The translations under genes were made by a program, and so were the position numbers. Shown piece by piece: positions 63,208 through 64,000 of a DNA stretch of 64,000 nt (within the stretch, counting starts at the first letter, position 1; each line of letters begins with the position of its first letter). Under the pieces are notes generated by a model. It did not search any database, was not told the origin of the DNA, and saw only the letters and a program-made list of their open reading frames with translations. Source of the DNA: Eledone cirrhosa (taxonomy: Eukaryota); the NCBI GenBank assembly GCA_964016885.1, contig OZ024741.1, forward strand, positions 363,816,001-363,880,000, given 5' to 3'.

Positions 63208-64000
63208 CACCAGGGCCGTGGGGCGGCCAGCACGTGGGACCCCATTTGCTCATAATACAAAGAGATGGGGAGGGCAAGAGAGATGGAGGCGATGACAGTG
63301 GGAGTTTGGCTCTTCCGTTTATTTATCAGACTGTAGGTTTTATGTACTTGCTTTAATGTAGACAAGGAAAAAAATATATATATATACATATACATGAAAC
63401 TCATTCCTTGTGAGTAAAATTGGATAGATGAAAACTGTTTGGAAACCTGTCGAGTGGACTGTCCTGTAATTCAAAGGGCCATACTGAATCCCCCTGAGAA
63501 TTATGTTATGGGTAGATGTGTCTGTGGATTACTCAGCTACTCGCATATTAATTTCATGAGCAAGATGTTCTGATGATCAAGCAACCAATACACTTATTTT
63601 CCAAACCAATGAAGGTTCATTCCATTATTTATGATGGAGGATGAAGGATTAGTTTTTAATCCTTGTGAAGTTTCTGTTTGCCTTTTATCCTTCTGTGTAA
63701 CTTAGTCACTTATAACACTTCCCAGCAAGAGCAGGAGAAATAATCCCCTCTTTGAAATGTACATAAACAGCATTAATTGTTGTTCCATAACACATTATAT
63801 AGTTTAAAAAAAAAAAATAAAGTATGGAAAAAGTGTAAACAAACAGTTTACAATAGCCATCGATATGGTCAAAGGTAATTAATTAGACAATTTTCAATTG
63901 AATAATGGATTAGTTATCGGATTAATAAAATTGAAGTGAAATTGACAGTGTGTGCATGTGTTTTAGAAGTATGACCCTCCCAAAATACAAACACATTATA

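Overview
Eukaryotic, AT-rich, microsatellite- and SINE-dense DNA; the repeat content suggests a coleoid cephalopod such as Octopus (inference). Bases 1-11400 are mostly (TA)n/(TACA)n microsatellite with a 200-N gap, so the long Ile/Tyr ORFs in the track are artefacts. Bases ~20100-64000 hold the 3' half of a minus-strand syndapin/PACSIN gene that the ORF track largely misses: a post-F-BAR exon, NPF-motif exons and a two-exon SH3 domain. The F-BAR exons were not found and probably lie beyond 64000. The linker region looks like a modular splicing system: phase-2 NPF cassettes, two of which end in an identical donor carrying TAA-TGA-TAG in frame; a large (GMGPP)16 exon; candidate 5-, 23- and 24-nt microexons; and a perfect 90-bp inverted repeat bracketing one exon. 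The window also holds several minimal hammerhead ribozymes or remnants, a Penelope fragment with inverted termini, RTE and CRE-like LINE fragments, TTAA-flanked MITEs and tRNA-derived SINEs. All calls were read by eye; no searches were run.
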